Below are positions 10,234 through 23,719 of a stretch of DNA of 64,000 nucleotides, piece by piece. This stretch comes from Leptogorgia sarmentosa (Eukaryota), in the NCBI GenBank assembly GCA_964658305.1, contig OZ210885.1, positions 19,902,001 to 19,966,000 on the forward strand, given 5' to 3'. The notes under the pieces were generated by a model. The model had not been told where the DNA came from. It saw only the letters and a program-made list of their open reading frames with translations, and ran no database searches. How positions within the stretch are numbered: the first letter of the stretch is position 1; each line of letters begins with the position of its first letter. The translations under genes were made by a program, and so were the position numbers.

Positions 10234-13200
10234 CTACTTACGAACTTTCTGTCTGTTCTTTCTCGTTAATGCAGCCTTCTGAGCTCCCTTTTTCCTACAT
10301 TCCATAGTTGCCTTTAGATGATCCACCTGCATTGAAACTTCATTGAATGATAGCAATGTCTGTTTGGCGACGGCCTCCAAAACTTCTTTAGAGAGTTCTT
10401 TTCCGTCCTTAATAGACTTGTAGAACTTTTCTTTTATCACGTCACTTGGTGGCTTAAAAAGGAAGTTAGTGGTATCATATTCCCGGTCTTTCGCGAACGC
10501 CAAATGGGCTTCAGGTCTCAAATAATGACCAGAGCATGCATCAGAGCACTCTTTACATGATCCGCCCCACGGTCGTTCAGGGTCTGCGACTGGAAAAGGA
10601 ATGTAAGTCAAAGGTGGTCCATTTTCAAACCAAAAATGCTTTACAGACTCAGTTTGGCACAGAGGATGCGGACATCCCTTTTGATGACAAAGCGTTAGTA
10701 CGAAGCAATACTGTGCTGGGACATCACAATTCATGTGCTTCTCGCGTACAGTCCACACTCTTTTGAAATACTGATAAAGAGATGGGTTGGCTTTTCTGAG
10801 CTCATCCTTCTGCTCCGGTTTTCCTCTCAAAAAAACTAACAGAGATTCTCTTCGCTCAGTAGCTGATGTGTCCTTCCCCCCTTTATAAAGCTGAATATTG
10901 GTCCCGCAACATGGTGCCCTGTTAACTCGATCGATATAGACATCTGTAGCCACATCCAGGTTTTCAGTTAGCTTTTCTTTATCCAGACCATCACTATTAA
11001 AGTTGTTACCGGTCAAAGTTGACGGAATATAAAGATTGGCATGTGCTTTAGCAATACAGCCATTCATCAATTCTACGGGATTTAAGTATGAGCCACCGCT
11101 GTTTCTGTTTGTGACAATTGTGCAGGTTTTCGTCTTTTGAAGGTGCCATTCGATCCACAGAAACTGGACTTCGACATGTCCAGGTCCTTCATCACCAGCC
11201 CCGTCCACCTGAATGCAATCAATTGGTTTTTCAGTGATGTAGTTGGGTATCTCGTCTCCAACATGTTTAAATCGATGTAATGTTGAGTGGGTGTCTTTTC
11301 GTAGTTGAAATGCGGTTTCACGATTCCGACACAGGCTTTTTCTGTCGTTTTAGTCTCCATCAACAAATACGACGTTGTTTGAAGAAGGGATGTATATTTA
11401 TTAACGAAATCAGTTCTTGTTGTAAGCGAAGGCTCATTTTCCAGAGTAATGCATTTCCCTTGTTTATGGGTAAAAGTCGTGTCAAGACAGAAACCGGCCT
11501 GGTCATCCCTGTTCAACAGCAATTTGTCTCTACCATCTTTCAATTGAATGAAGTTGATTCCCTTATAGAAGGCATTACTCCACTAAGTTTCTACATTAAG
11601 TTTTACTGCGAATCCCTTTCGAGCTCTGCGACAAGTAACTTTGGCGACTCCTTTGTATCGTTTAGCTGATAAACGTCGCTTACTTCGTATAACACAAAGC
11701 TGTACTACAATTCAATAGCTGATTTTGCAACCATACTTTTCTTCAAGATGGTGCTGAATACTTCTGTAGGTGACTTTCTTTCCTCTGCACCGGGCACCGT
11801 CGAATGTTAACACCCCAGTACGTCGCCATGCATCTGCTCCTACTCTTTTCGATTTAACGAAGTCCTCGATATCTTTACCAATACTGGGATGTTCTTTTAC
11901 AATCCGGCTTGCTCTTTTAGGAAACGTCCTTTTTAGGTTTGGTTTTCGCTTGGCCTTTTGTATAATCGACCGCCGTAATGCTTGGATGCGCTTTTTGCCA
12001 TTTTCACACCATTGGGTAAACTCTTCCTCATGAGCTTCAACTTCCTCGGAATCGGATTCTGAAAAAACAGGATCACCTTCGATCATTAAAGGTTGTCTCT
12101 GCTGATAGTCGGCAAATTCTTCGTAAGAATCCTTCGCTCGGACCAACTCTTCTTCATTCAGACCAACGTTTGATAGGTTATTTGCAAAGGCACACAGCAG
12201 TTCGTCAAATTCGTCTTCGCACAATTGTTTTAAACATAGCCGGAGCTCATTATGAAATAAAAACCAATTTAAATTGCTTGCTTTGAGACATGAAATCATA
12301 ATTTCATAGGGTGGTGTTCTACTGGTATCTTTGTTGGATGTGTTTCCGGGTGAGGTATTTAACCTAAGACTATTTGCATCATGCTCCAAATCACTTTCTT
12401 CATAGTCAATCTCTGACTCCGATTCATCAGACTCAGATTCACTGGAATTATCTTCCAATATTCCAAGAGAATTAAGAAGTGCTGTATCTTCAAGTTCCAT
12501 AACGGATCTTTGAATCTCACTTGCCATCAACATAGCTTGTTCCACCTTCTCAACAGTTTTTGCATTGTTATCAATACCATAGGTCAACCTCGCTTGTTTT
12601 GCGGATTGTCCCCAGGTGGCTACATATTTCAACAATTTTCTGTCCGATTCAGTTGATGCTAACTGACAAACAGCGCGAAGGGTTTCCTTATCAATTTGAT
12701 TGCCCAATTCCTTTTCAGGTACCATCCTTGGGAACAGGTCCAAAAATAGTTTGTAGTCCATATCATGCCTTTTCTCGGTAACGAAGAAGACTTTTCCCTT
12801 CACAATGACCACGGGTAATTGTAAAAGTCACTGGACTGCTTTATCTGTCTTGTAAACTTTGTTTGGAAATTGCTTCCTAAACACGTCGAACACTTTGGCA
12901 ACTCCTTCCTCTGAAATAGAAGACGCCATATTGATAAATACTGAGCATTCTTTGCAGGAACTACTGTGGCACCTCTTGCAATATTCACCGCGATAAATAA
13001 TGAACTCTCTCAACGAGACTGCAGACATCAAAGAAACATACAGACCATCGTCTAAACGACACAAAGTTACATCACTAAGTTTCAAACGCACATTTGTAAC
13101 AAAAGTTTCGTATTTTTCTTCGTCAAAAGAACCACCCACCAGTGTAGTTTCGCAAGTATCTATCATGTCTACATTTACACTGGTGGTTCTTTTCAAAAAT

Positions 13201-13814
13201 TTTCATCGTCTGGCACGACTTCCATGAGTGCGGTTGGTTCGGACGGACTTGTTCCGCAGAAGGCTTTTCGATCCAATGGCTGGCTGCAAATATTTCCCGA
13301 TTGTGTTGATTCATTATCATTATCAATCCATTCAGACCAATCACTGTCATACTTCTGAAGTACAAGATCTCCCTCCACCAAGTTGAGATCCTGTTTCAAT
13401 TCATCAATAATATTTTTAAGGCCAATCTCAGTCCCAATATATTTAACAATATTTCTTGATCCATACTGGAAAAGAATCTGCAGTGACAAAAAGGTGACAG
13501 TATTCAAATAAATTTTAATATAATGAACCGAAACATACTGTTTTCAATCTCCAAGGAAAGGTATCTGTAAACATAAATTCACATAATTTGATTTTACAAG
13601 CATGCTTATTATAAAAGCCGGCAAGAAGCATTCATTTTTTCTGGCACAATCTTTTCCTCATGAATTATTAATCATGAGTTTTTTTTTAATAATTACAAGA
13701 TGTTGGTATAAACAAATAAAAAATGTTAACTTAAAAGTGGAAGATAGAGATTTCTTGTTTCTTTACCTTTTTTTGCTCTCTTGTAGTTGTAAGTCTTGTT
13801 GGACTGGCAGCCAT
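10234..13814 (-). pseudogene. Zator-like DDE transposase, frameshifted
   Basis: ORF pieces 13193-13507, 12828-13196, 11712-12812, 11082-11543 and 10234-11208. Motifs NRDDQAGF, QVDGAGDEGP and SGGSYLNPVELMNG resemble Zator DGGPDENP and SAYNPVERRM. The probable first exon is 13814-13767. Confidence 0.65.
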
Positions 13815-14089
13815 GCTGAGAAAGAATGCAAACGCGCGCGAATACGTGCATTAAATCCCGGCCATTGTACCCCGGCCATTTTTATACAGTGTTAAACCCC
13901 GGCCACGATATTCCGCATTTTATATCAGTGTTAAACCCCGGCTATTATACCCCGTATTTATATCAGTGTTAAACCCCCAGTATCAAAAAAGCGACGCTCA
14001 GTTAAAACGCTGTATTTGCCCCGCAAAGTCCCGTTAAAACCCGGCCCATTCCCGGGGGTCGGGGGCCGGGCTTTCAATTGACTAGTGCA

Positions 14090-14646
14090 TTAACATCAGT
14101 TTTCTTAGGCATTGATTGCTACTTGAGCAGAAATGACACATTTCATCCTGCATGCCCACTCTATTTTTTCCAATTTCCCAGTTGTTATAGTACAAGCAAG
14201 CCCATGAAGGATTGCCATCTCTCCCAGCACGTCCAGTTTCTTGCATGTAAGCTTTTACTGTAGTTGGAGGTCCAATATGTATTGCGAAAATGACCTGAAC
14301 AATGCTTCTTCCTGAACAGAGTTGTTTTAGGATGTCATCCTTAATTTGGGATGTTTGTGGAGCATGAAATTGGGCAAACAGGCGATTTTCAGGAATTTTG
14401 TCAGAGCCAAGGGGAAAGTACTGCTCAGTGCCAAGGACATACTCGAACAACTTGTATGCAAATCCACAAAATTTTAATGGAAGTTTTCTTCTGCAGAAGA
14501 CCCATAGCAATTGGTTCCAAGATTGATGGAATTGCATCAACATCTTGCCCATCACGAAAGACCTTTTTATAAAAAAGATTCTTTCGATCAGGATTGGCAA
14601 TGATGGATTTGCAATTTTTTAACCCCAACAAATTCTGGGGATACAT
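14090..14646 (-). pseudogene. RecQ-type SF2 helicase fragment, likely from an AcademH transposon
   Basis: RLFAQFHAPQT, IHIGPP and YMQETGRAGRDG (motif VI). Motif V is deleted and there are frameshifts. Confidence 0.75.
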
Positions 14647-16429
14647 CTGCCTTATTATATATCCGCCTTATTAGCCGTGGCAGATATATATAATCAAAAT
14701 GTATATGAATTGGTGACTATTGGTATATTTTCAAACCTGCTTTTTCATATATAGATATATACCTAATTTACCTATGTTAAAGAGGAGGTTGGACAGCAGA
14801 CCGCAAAGCATTATGGGTAATGAGCGTCTCATTCATACTTTGACTGCCGCAATGTAAACATCTCTGGTCCAATTAATAAATGGATGCGTTTGGAGTTTGA
14901 CTTCGATTCTTCTTGAAAATAGCGTGGCAAAACTTTGTTTTGATCCTTACGATGGTTGCAGTAACTGTCTTTATTGCCGAGTCGCCATGTATGATCAAAG
15001 TAAATACAGTATTCCAGGTTGGTATATCAATATTTAAACTACAATGCATTCATCTATTATTTACGATTCCATGTAAAAAGAATTTACTTGTGATACTTAA
15101 ATTGCTAAGTTATGTATGGCTGTATAAATTTTCCTTTCTATCAGACTATCAGGTGGTGAATCATTTCATCTATTCATTCTAAATTTGCTTACATAATATT
15201 CCTGAATTCTAATTTTGAGAAAAAGATTTTCTGTTATGATTTTGAAATTTGCTTAGACATATAGAATTGTTTGGCTGATTTTGAACTTGGGCAAGATGGC
15301 AATGACCAGTTAAAAGGAACTAAATATAGTGGAATTTGATGAAATAAAATGCTATGAATCTGAAAGCAGCAATGATGAAGACATTCCATTGGTTCCACTG
15401 CTCATGAAAACATTAATTCCAAACTTTGATACTGCCATCCCTTGTTCTTGAAGAGATATTTTAATTTAAAAGTATAGTACAGTAAACCAAGCCCTACAGT
15501 TATTGAACGGAATACATATGTGTTGGGTATACTGTATTTCAGCTAAACTAAGTAGTGTTTGCTCCACCCATGCTGTAATCACTGACAGGATATACATGTA
15601 CAAATTTGAAACTGTGCTTTTAATAAAAACAACATTACACAAGACACTTGGTATAAACAACTGTAACATATGTGGTATGAATAAATTAATAAATTTGTGA
15701 AACTGTTTAATTATCTTGAGCACTTTATATAATAGGAATGGAAAATTTGTGTCAACCATGGTTGTCTACTAAAAGTCTCTAACCTTTTGAGTCTATCAAC
15801 ATTGTCACATTTTTCATAATAAGACAAACAACACACAACAATTACATGTTATTGGGTAATTACAATATCAATAGCTTTGGCCAATTACTATCACCCCAAT
15901 CTGTATCTCTACAGTACATATATTTGTACATTTTGTGCTCGGCTCAGAAGCTGGTAAATCTTCTGCTGGATTGAACTGGACTGCTAATTAAAAGCAACTC
16001 AGGTGACCCTGTTGAGGGATCACTTTACCATGAACAACCCCCAGGATCAGCTGTTGTTCAGCAAGTGAATGAAAAGAGCATTACATTTAATGCTGCCACA
16101 CATTATGCACCTGTAATAAGTAACAATGTATGAATAACACAAACAATAATAAATTGAGCATTCAATGCATAACCAGAAGATAAAAAAACAGTAGCCCTAA
16201 TGATTATGTGTGTAGGAATTCCTAACTTATCCATATACATCACCCATGAAGAGCAATAATATTAGGTTGCCCAGGGATGAGTAGAATGCTTTACATAAAG
16301 CCTAAGAAAACATTGTTTTAAATGTCCAAATATTCCTGTGAAACTAATTGAACTCCTCATGCAATAAATAACTTTAAACCTCACCACTAACTTCACAAAT
16401 TATTGAACAAAATAATATTTCTTGGTAAC

Positions 16430-18100
16430 AAGGTGAAGCACCATTTTTGGCAAATGTCAAAATGGAGAAAAGCGTATCGGAAGGTATTCCTTGGACGGAT
16501 ACCATCAGGAATCAAATACGGCGTACGAATTTCAAGGATGTCTTTGGCATAGTAAGTAGTTTACAAAAATAGTGAAATTTGTGTACTTTTTTCTTAACTA
16601 TGTTATTTTTTAGGATGTACGACATGTTATGATGAATCCTGTAAACGGAAAGACCATGCAAAATCTTTACGAAGCTACTATAGAAAAAGTTTGTTATCTC
16701 AAGGAACAGGGTTTCAGTATAGTGGAAATGTGATTTGAAGAAAGAGTTGGAGGAGAATGAAGAGATGCGCTGTTATTTTGAGGAGTACGATCTTGTTGAT
16801 CCGCTTCAACCACGTGATGCAGTTTTTGGTGGTTGTACGAATGCCGCTAAGCTATTTCATCAGTGTGAAGGCGAAGAAAAAATAAGGTTAGAAAAGGTTG
16901 TCTTGTGTTTTTTTGTTTTTTAGTACTAAAAATGTGTTTTTTAGATATGTGGATTTTACGAGCCTTTATCCGTGGTGTAACAAGTCAACAAGAATAGTTG
17001 TAGGGTATCCAGAAATTATTACAGAGAATTTTCGGGACATTTCAATGTACTTCGGCCTAGTAAAATGCACTGTGTTACCACCCCGGGGATTGTTTCACCC
17101 GGTTCTGCCTTATCATACTCCCGGTAAACTAACGTTTCCCTTATGCAAAGCGTGTGTTGATACTACTAGCAAGACTATGTGTACCCATTCTAGGCACTAG
17201 AAGGCGTTAGGGAGCAATCCGATGAGTTATTCTGAGCAGAAGCGACCCTATGTGGCCAAGTATTTGGAGCACGAGGGAATTCCATTAGATCCAGAAAAGA
17301 TTACGCATAATCCAGGCTTGGGTGCTCTGGCCAAACTTATGCTAAACTCATTTTGGGGTAAGTTATATCGCTTTTTATATTTATATATTTAGGGGTAACC
17401 CCATGTATTTTTTTGTTTTTAGGCAAATTTGGTCAACGTTCAAATTTATGTAAGACAGAAATGATAACCGAGCCGCAAAGATATTATGACCTTTTGACCT
17501 CCGGCGAATTCGGAGTATCCAATGCCCGAATAGTTAGTGACAATATGATCGAAGTACAGTACAAAAGTGTTGGCGATTTTGAGGAACCAAATAGCAAAGC
17601 GAATTTGGTTGTTGCTGCTTTCACTATGGCGTATGCACATTTAAAACTTTACGACTTATTGGATTTGTTGCAAGAACGGGTACTTTACTACGATACGGAT
17701 TCTGTTATATATGGGTCCGAACCCGGCAAACCAGAACCACCTCTAGGAAATTATCTGGGTAACTCAACCGATGAGTTAGATGGAGATTACATTACGACAT
17801 TTGTGTCAGGAGGCCCGAAGAATTACGCATACCATACCGTAGGAGGAAAGTCGGAAACGAAAGTACGTGGTATTACTCTGAATCATACAACGCAACAAAA
17901 GATAAATCCTGACGTCATTCGTGTACTTGCATGCCGAGTGTGATGCAGAAACAAAAGTTACAATTATTATTCCGTTCAAAATCACACAGGATAAGAAGGA
18001 AAAAAACATTGTGACAAAGAAAATGAAAAAAGATTATCGCATTGTATATGACAAACGTGTTATAGTAGAAAACTTTAGAACATTACCCTATGGGTTTTAG
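16430..18100 (+). pseudogene. Protein-primed family B DNA polymerase (pPolB), 5'-truncated, with three small introns
   Basis: Motifs YEFQGCLWH, RYVDFTSLYP, KLMLNSFWGKFGQ, YYDTDSVIY, GPKNYAY, KVRGITL and TLPYGF*. Introns at 16552-16613, 16887-16944 and 17358-17422. Stops and deletions are present. Confidence 0.92.
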
Positions 18101-18643
18101 TGTAAAAATTTTAATATGTTTTTAAATAAATATGTATATAAATATGTTTTTAAACAATGTTTTCTATTGTCTTTCTTTCGGTAGCATGTGTCGGTACTTT
18201 TCTGGACACTTTCCCCCAAAACCACCGTCTTTTAAACTTGGATCCCCATACTTTACGATAGTTCATTTTATTTGTTCACATTCGGGATGAGAATTAACTG
18301 CTATTGTGTAGTAGTTATTTTTCCATTGAATTTGTTCCCTTTTTATCATACGATGAAATAATTGGGGGATAGAGTAGAAACCTTCGAAGAAGCTGTGTAT
18401 ATCGTCATCCCCACCTACAAAATGTTCGCTTCCCATTGTTTTGTTGGTAATAAGAAAGTATTTTCCGTCACAGAAGCACATTCTTAGCTCTTTTCTTTGC
18501 AAATGAAATAGTACTGCTTTTTCTTAGGTATATGTTATTTTCCTGAGGTTATTTTCCCATGGTTTTTTCCTGAGGTTTTTGCATATAAGTAGCCGTAATG
18601 TAAATAAGTATTAAGTATTTTATTTACACAATGGATGTGATAG

Positions 18644-19141
18644 TTGATGAGCTTCGTAAGAACGATACTAATATTGACAAAACAACATTGTCTTATTTTA
18701 TTAATAAAATGTACTATGACTATCAAAATGTATGGAAATTTTTTAAATAAACTTTCGTATGAAGATTTGTTTATTGTATGGGAACAACTACACCCCGAAA
18801 CGTTTGGTCGTGTGATGGCTTTTCTGACTACAGTACATTTTCAGAATCTTCATGACGAACAAAAACGTAATGTGGTACGACTTACGGTCCCAATTCTGAA
18901 AAACATTGACCTATCAGAGTACAAAAGAGAAAAAGGATGTATGTGGGATAAATACACATTGGTACGAAATAGTATACATCGTTATGTGTGCCGACGCATG
19001 GACCCCATGCTATGTCAGTGTTATGTTATCGCCAATGTTATTGGTCTGATAGTAAAAAGATGGAAAACATGGAAAATAGTGCAAAATACAGCACGTTATT
19101 TGTACTATAAAGTACTATACTATAACGGGTTCGGGATATAA
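18644..19141 (+). CDS. Polinton hypothetical protein
   Basis: 165-codon ORF between pPolB and the ATPase. No motif recognised. Confidence 0.4.
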   Translation: MMSFVRTILILTKQHCLILLIKCTMTIKMYGNFLNKLSYEDLFIVWEQLHPETFGRVMAFLTTVHFQNLHDEQKRNVVRLTVPILKNIDLSEYKREKGCMWDKYTLVRNSIHRYVCRRMDPMLCQCYVIANVIGLIVKRWKTWKIVQNTARYLYYKVLYYNGFGI

Positions 19142-19157
19142 GAAACGCATACACATT

Positions 19158-19802
19158 TTGGACAGGTATTTACACATTGATGTGATGGACGTAAGGTTCA
19201 AAGTGCCAACTAATTTTTACGTATCGGGACAAAGTCAAAGTGGAAAATCATTTCTGTTTCGCAAATCACTACAACATTCAAACGAACTGTTTTACCCCGT
19301 TCCTACAAAGATTATTTATTGTTATGGGGAGTATCAGAAAGAATTTGAGGAACTACGTAATGTAGATTTGGTCGAAGGATTTCCGTCAAATTTGGATGAC
19401 CTGACCAAAGGACATGACAATTTGATTGTGGTGTTGGACAATCTTATGGGAGAATGCTCAAAAGATCAGCACGTCTCCGATTTATTTACGCGGGATCTCA
19501 TCACAAAGGCATTTCCGTATTTTATCTTACAGAACCTATTTTCACCAGGAAAATTATCAAGAACTATTAGTTTGAATTGTCATTACATTTTTGTGTTTAA
19601 AAATCCTCGCGATTCTCTTGGAATTGCGACTTTGGCTAAACAGATGTTCCCAAGACAAAGCAATCGTTTGGTGGACTCGTTTCACGATGCTACGAAACAA
19701 CCGTACAGTTATTTGCTTATTGATTGCCATCCACAAACTCCGCAAAAAATATTTGATTACGTACAAATATCTTACCAGGAGAAAGACAATTTGCGTATAT
19801 AA
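19158..19802 (+). pseudogene. A32/FtsK-like DNA packaging ATPase
   Basis: Walker A GQSQSGKS, degenerate Walker B IVVLDNLM, RTISLN and FKNPRD. Confidence 0.88.
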
Positions 19803-19854
19803 AGAAGTAAGAAACAAAACACACACTCATTTGTGTGATACGTAACATACGATA

Positions 19855-20564
19855 ATGACATCAAGAAACATTGCAGTATTTGTTACCGGCGGTACAAAGA
19901 AATTAATACTAGATGAGCCTTTCTTAACTAGCTTTGGTACCACATTACAACTAAAACAGGCAACGGTTTTTTGGAAGTTCAAAAATATCACGACTGCAAA
20001 TAACAAATTCGAAAAAGTAATACCGTCCAAAGATAACGAAGAAAAGACGCTTGGTGTGGGGTGTTGGGATTTTGAGCTTATTAAAGAACAATTGGAAGCA
20101 GAGAAAATTGCTCTCACAGCAAACGTGCACGATGATACGTGTAATGTCGAAAATAAGTCGGGATTTACCATGAACTTAAAACCATAAACTTGGGATTTAC
20201 CATAAACTTGGGATTTCCTGCTGATACAAGCATGGCTACTGATACAACTTACAAATCACCAAAAGCAGTTGACGTGAATTCCGGATTAAGATACCTTACG
20301 ATTACGTGCAATCTTGCGAATCCGTTCAGAAATGTTGACGCCGATGGAAGCACAAACACAAACATCACCTACTTACCCATTCCACTGGGTACATGGCTAA
20401 ACTCCACCGTTTCCGTTTTTAACGAAAATCATCCAATAGTTCCTGTTAAGGAAGACATTGTTACCGAAATGATGTTTACCATAAACTCAAACATAAGTAT
20501 TCCTGTGGATGTTGACGTGCTTCTTAATCTTGTTGTGGATGATATACAAAGGGAACACACCTAA
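19855..20564 (+). pseudogene. Polinton protein, possibly a second minor-capsid (penton)-like protein; frameshifted
   Basis: Two consecutive beta-rich ORFs (LGF...VDVNSGLRYLTITCNL...PIVPV) are broken by a short duplication of ggatttaccat at 20161-20220. Confidence 0.4.
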
Positions 20565-20586
20565 CAGATACGTGGCCATTTATAGG

Positions 20587-20925
20587 ATGTCTGTGTATGT
20601 GAAAAGAGCCCTTCCGCTCCTTCAAGTATTAGCAAAATCAAAACCTCAATTACGAAACGCTATTGTTCAGCATGGACCATCGGATTTGATTAAAGCTATT
20701 TCCGAGATTGTTTTAAACGTACTTAAAGGGGTTATAAAAATAACTCCACGTCAGAGGAAACGTTTGGCTCGCTACAAAAACAAGCTTCGTGCTCTAACAA
20801 GCAACAAAGTATCAGAGAAAAATAAAAGAAAGTTCCTTAGCCAAAAAGGTGGGGGAGGGGGAGCCTTGGTGGCATTGCTAGTACCCCCCAGCTATCGCGG
20901 CGTTAACTGGACGATAAAACGCATG
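20587..20925 (+). CDS. Conserved small basic Polinton protein (putative core or membrane-active protein)
   Basis: LIKAISEIVLNVLKGVIKITPRQRKRLARYKNKLRAL...FLSQKGGG followed by a hydrophobic tail, a pattern recurrent in animal Polintons. Confidence 0.6.
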
Positions 20926-21565
20926 GTTCTAATTCCTGAAGAAAAGCTTTTGCAATATGAGCAACAAAAAGGTGCCGAATCACATGTCAACCTAAAAGAC
21001 ATACCGAACACACAGGAAAAACAAGAGGAAGAAAGGGAGTTATCGGACGATGTTATTGTCTGAGGAATTCCGAAGACTATGAGAACACGAGCTATTGCCC
21101 TTTTGGAACGATTGAGAGCAAGACCTGACTGACATTATTTCGTGGGATGATATGGGTCAAGTCAAAATAGATGGAGTCTTTATTCCGAAATCAAATATCT
21201 CAGATGTGATCTCAAGTGCTATGAGATCACGCAAATACTTTAATCCCATAGCCTCACAAGAATTTTTTAACGTATTAAATAACATAAATGTGCCTAAGGA
21301 TCTTGTAAGAAACGAAGAAGGGTGGAAGAAAGTCACACAAAAAGGAAAAGGCAATGAAAAGCACATACCCTGTTGGGAATCGTTTGCTGGAGGACAACGA
21401 AAAGGACGTGGGAAACGTAAAAAATCTGCAACTCTACGACAAAAAGGACTTATTAAGGCTGGTCCAATCATATATAAACAACTAGGGCAACTTTTTGGTA
21501 GAGGGCAAGAAAAAGGTGGTGGGAAACTTCGCAAAATACCCAATTGGGAATGTTATAAAGGATAA
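20922..21565 (+). pseudogene. Conserved Polinton hypothetical protein, disrupted
   Basis: MVLIPEE...IPKTMRTRAIALLERL...SWDDMGQVKIDGVFIPKSNISD, interrupted by stops and a frameshift. Confidence 0.55.
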
Positions 21566-21828
21566 ATGTTATCAAGAAACCATAACTTTTTGAGATTTTG
21601 TAAATAATTATTGCTGTTAATGAATAAAAACACTTTTGAAAAGCTGATGTTTTATTTAAAACAATTTTTTACAACATTGACTAAGCCCACAAACGGGTTT
21701 GCTAGTAATATCAAAATACTTTTTAACATAGCAAGATACGTTTCTATCGTTCAACAGTGTATTCTCTCCGAACATGTTCACAATATCATTCATGTAATTT
21801 TCGTGCATTTCGTTTCCATTCATAAAGT

Positions 21829-22074
21829 TCAAAATAAGTTATAATGTTCCGGAGATTGTCCATAACTATCGAAAAATTCTCCAGTATTGTAAGTGGGAAA
21901 GTAAAATACCACCCAATGTGTCCCCGGTTTCGTAGACGGGTCCGTATTAGCCACAAATCCACAGGGAAACGTACTTAGGGATTTCGGTAACTGATCGGCT
22001 GGAAATATGCCACAAAACTTTTTTGCTGTTTTGGGATTACGTTCCAATGCACATTTAATCTGTTGGGTATTCAT
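21829..22074 (-). pseudogene. Adenain-like cysteine protease (maturation protease), internally deleted
   Basis: ANTDPSTKPGTHWVVFYF...EFFDSYG has the catalytic His and Asp. The segment with the catalytic Cys is missing. Confidence 0.88.
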
Positions 22075-23503
22075 GACAACATGTCGTACATCACATTTCT
22101 TTCTGAATCAATTTGTATGATGTTTTCAAAATCTCTGTAACATACCATTGCAACAGCTGTGGTTGGTGCGGTGGCAAACGTGATGTCAACTGTCAACGAT
22201 CCACGCCGAATGGTGTTAAAATAGGGAGAGGCGCCACACATATCTGGGGTCAAATCAAAGGCATGAAGGGTGTAACCTTCTTGGTAATCTTCTCGGGATA
22301 TATCAAGTCCTGTGTTGTAATTCATCTTTCCTGTACCAGAGAACAGGGTGTTGTATGCTTGTGTGAAATTTTCTTTGTTGCTTGTGTCGTTTTTGTAAAT
22401 GAGATTAAGTTGCTTGAAGGGTAATTCTTCTCTGTTTGAGGTAAGCGTCACCATCGTTACTTCATAATTTTTGAAATTATACGGATTTTTTCCATAACTT
22501 CCATTGTAAGCCTCAGCATCCACGAGGCCAAACACAACGATTTTGGTATGGTTCCCTTGAAAATATTATCTTTTCTTATGGTTGGAACATTTCCAGGCAT
22601 GACAAAAGCTCTGCATTCAACACGACGGATGGGGTAAATGGTGGGCATCTGCTTTAGCGCAAGCGCGTGCACCGCACTGACCGCTTGACTCACTTTGACT
22701 TTACGAACTTTAAGAATAACATCGGTTATCTTCACCTTTGCATTAATAGGGTTAGAGTTTTTGTCCATAAGACAAAACTGATCTGAGCTTCGATTGAGAA
22801 TCAATTTAATATCCACCATATCCAATAAGAGACGATTGCCCATAAACGCGTCAACAAAAATGGGTCCACCCATGGTAAGAAGCTTTCCATTTTGTATGAA
22901 CTGATGCCTTTTGGCGAAACCTTGATTTCCACTTCCCGGTACTATAATTTTCTGGGTAACGGTTTTCAAATCGGTGCCCGCGACTTTCCATTTTCCATCA
23001 TTGTAGGTAATTGTTTTCTCTGAGGGAAGGCTTCCTGTTTCATCCATATGTTCTGGGGTATCTTTGTAGTACAGTGCTGACGTAAGCTGAGACTTTTTGG
23101 CGGAAACATCATAATTCAATACAGTTTCCAAATAGGACCGATAGGCATAAGTTCCCATGGCTGGTGTTACTTGCTTCCCGTTCATGTACACGTCAACTTG
23201 TTTGAACAAGCTGTGTAAAAAATTGTTGACAGGAGCAATACTCGCTTGCTCCTGACCACTTAGATTTGTGCCATCAACCTTTACTACTTTTCCCTCAACA
23301 ATCAAAATTGTTTTTGATAAGTCAACATAGTCATCAGTACCAGTTACCAGAAATGTAATTGGTCCCTCGTCATTTTCAACACTTGAAAGAGGATGATAAT
23401 CGATCCAGCGACCTTTTTCCAAGCTTGTTTGCGTAGGTGGAATATTAAACAAATCGACTTCGCTTTTTCCACAGCGCTTTCATCTGTCGTGTACATAACT
23501 CAT
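22071..23503 (-). pseudogene. Major capsid protein (double jelly-roll, Polinton PY/hexon-like), frameshifted
   Basis: KSEVDLFNIPPTQTS, PVNNFLHSLFKQVDV, YAYRSYLETVLNY, AYNGSYGKNPYNFKNY and AFDLTPD. Two ORF pieces: 22457-23452 and 22071-22535. Confidence 0.9.
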
Positions 23504-23719
23504 TTTCGAAGACCTCTTCTCTAGTTCAACGTTAAACCAAATGTGAGTACTTTTCTATCGTTTTTCTCTATTTAACCAAATATGTCCTTTGCGGGTAAAG
23601 ACCTTCTTTGTCTTTTACGCTTTCCTCCGGATTGTGACTTTTTTCGTTTACGTCCTCCTTTCTGAGACTTTTTTGCTTTTTTCTTTTTTTTTTACTCTTC
23701 GATTGCGATCTCGGACGTT

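Larger units (their letters stand above)
8882..14089 (-). mobile_element. Full-length Zator-like DNA transposon (5.2 kb) carrying PHD fingers
   Basis: ~58-bp TIRs tgcactagtcaattgaaagcccggccccc... at both ends. TTA TSD at 8879-8881 and 14090-14092. Subterminal gtgttaaacccc repeats at 13888-14040. Confidence 0.8.
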
